Assembly: GCF_963921235.1 (NCBI RefSeq)
Contig: NC_086107.1
Coordinates: 104,162,001-104,226,000, forward strand
Direction: 5' to 3'
DNA: 64,000 nucleotides
Origin: Mobula hypostoma
Lineage: Eukaryota
Below the pieces are notes generated by a model that did not search any database, had not been told where the DNA came from, and saw only the letters and a program-made list of their open reading frames with translations. The position numbers and the translations under genes are program-made. Positions within the stretch are counted from its first letter, which is position 1; the number at the start of each line of letters is the position of its first letter. Positions 63,204 through 64,000 of this stretch are shown one piece after another.

Positions 63204-63716
63204 AGGCGGATTTATACCTCTGCGTCAAATTGATGCTGTAGGTACGGCGTAGCCGCGAACCCTACGCAGAGCCTACGCGGATCCCTACGCTGTAGCCTGA
63301 CACGCACCTCTCCCAAAATGTAACTACGCATCGCGGCAACACAGACCGCAACAACTGTGATTGGTCCGCTTGGTAGCATCGCATTTCCTCCTACGCTGCA
63401 ATAGCTTCCCATTGGGCGACTAAAGGGCAGGGAAGGAACTCTGGCTGCAATGCTTTCCATAAGGCTTTACGGACCTCCAAAATTATGGAGGACACATTTC
63501 GCTTTTACGAAAAAGACACTCACTTAATCTTGTTTACCCCGAGGAAGACTACCATGACCATGAAGCCTTGCACGGGCAGGTGTGTACGCATGCGTGACAT
63601 GCCTGAATTGCAGAGCAACACAGACACACCAATGCACAGGTATAAATGCTCACAACGCGCTTAGGCCACTTGCATAGGTTACGGCGTCCATTTGACGCAC
63701 AAGTATAAATCAGCCT
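63204..63716. mobile_element. PIF/Harbinger-type MITE
   Basis: ~27-bp TIR AGGC(G/T)GATTTATAC(C/T)T(C/G)TGCGTCAAAT with 3-bp TTA TSD. Confidence 0.88.
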
Positions 63717-64000
63717 TTAGTTACACAACGAGCAATAATCAGGACATTACATGCCTCTTGACACGTACACATTTAACTTATAGCAAAGCACTTTGGGGTT
63801 ATACAGGTTCCATTTTATTACATTACAAGATTAAATACATAAAGAATTACAAAGTTTCAAATATATTTCCACAACTACTATTTGGGAACTTAAACAAAAT
63901 AATTCTCAAGCTGTGAGTGTTGTTGCTGACGTCAGCATTAACACCCATCATCTCAAGTGATTTTCAAGTCATTCTGCAGAGCGTCTTTTTGAACTGCAGC

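Overview
Vertebrate genomic DNA, with no prokaryotic features. The repeat landscape (V-SINE/HE1-like SINEs, CR1, Rex1/Babar, abundant Penelope-like elements) suggests a cartilaginous fish, probably a ray; this is inference. The window holds one complete protein-coding gene on the minus strand: mitochondrial branched-chain amino acid aminotransferase (bcat2). It has 11 GT-AG coding exons from 44081 to 5889, 1197 nt, 398 aa, with an Arg-rich transit peptide, the PLP lysine (K234) and the CXXC redox motif (C347/C350). The rest is intron or intergenic DNA dense with transposon relics; most short ORFs in the track are repeat artefacts. The most notable non-genic structure is about 20 Penelope-like copies carrying a minimal type I hammerhead ribozyme motif. 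Several are short, TSD-flanked fold-back insertions, and one in bcat2 intron 10 has an intact-core hammerhead on each strand. Other observations are a module shared between a Harbinger MITE and hAT-Charlie elements, a templated inverted insertion that lacks a G-tract, a 22-bp intronic hairpin and a higher-order G-rich minisatellite. TE boundaries are approximate unless a TSD is quoted.
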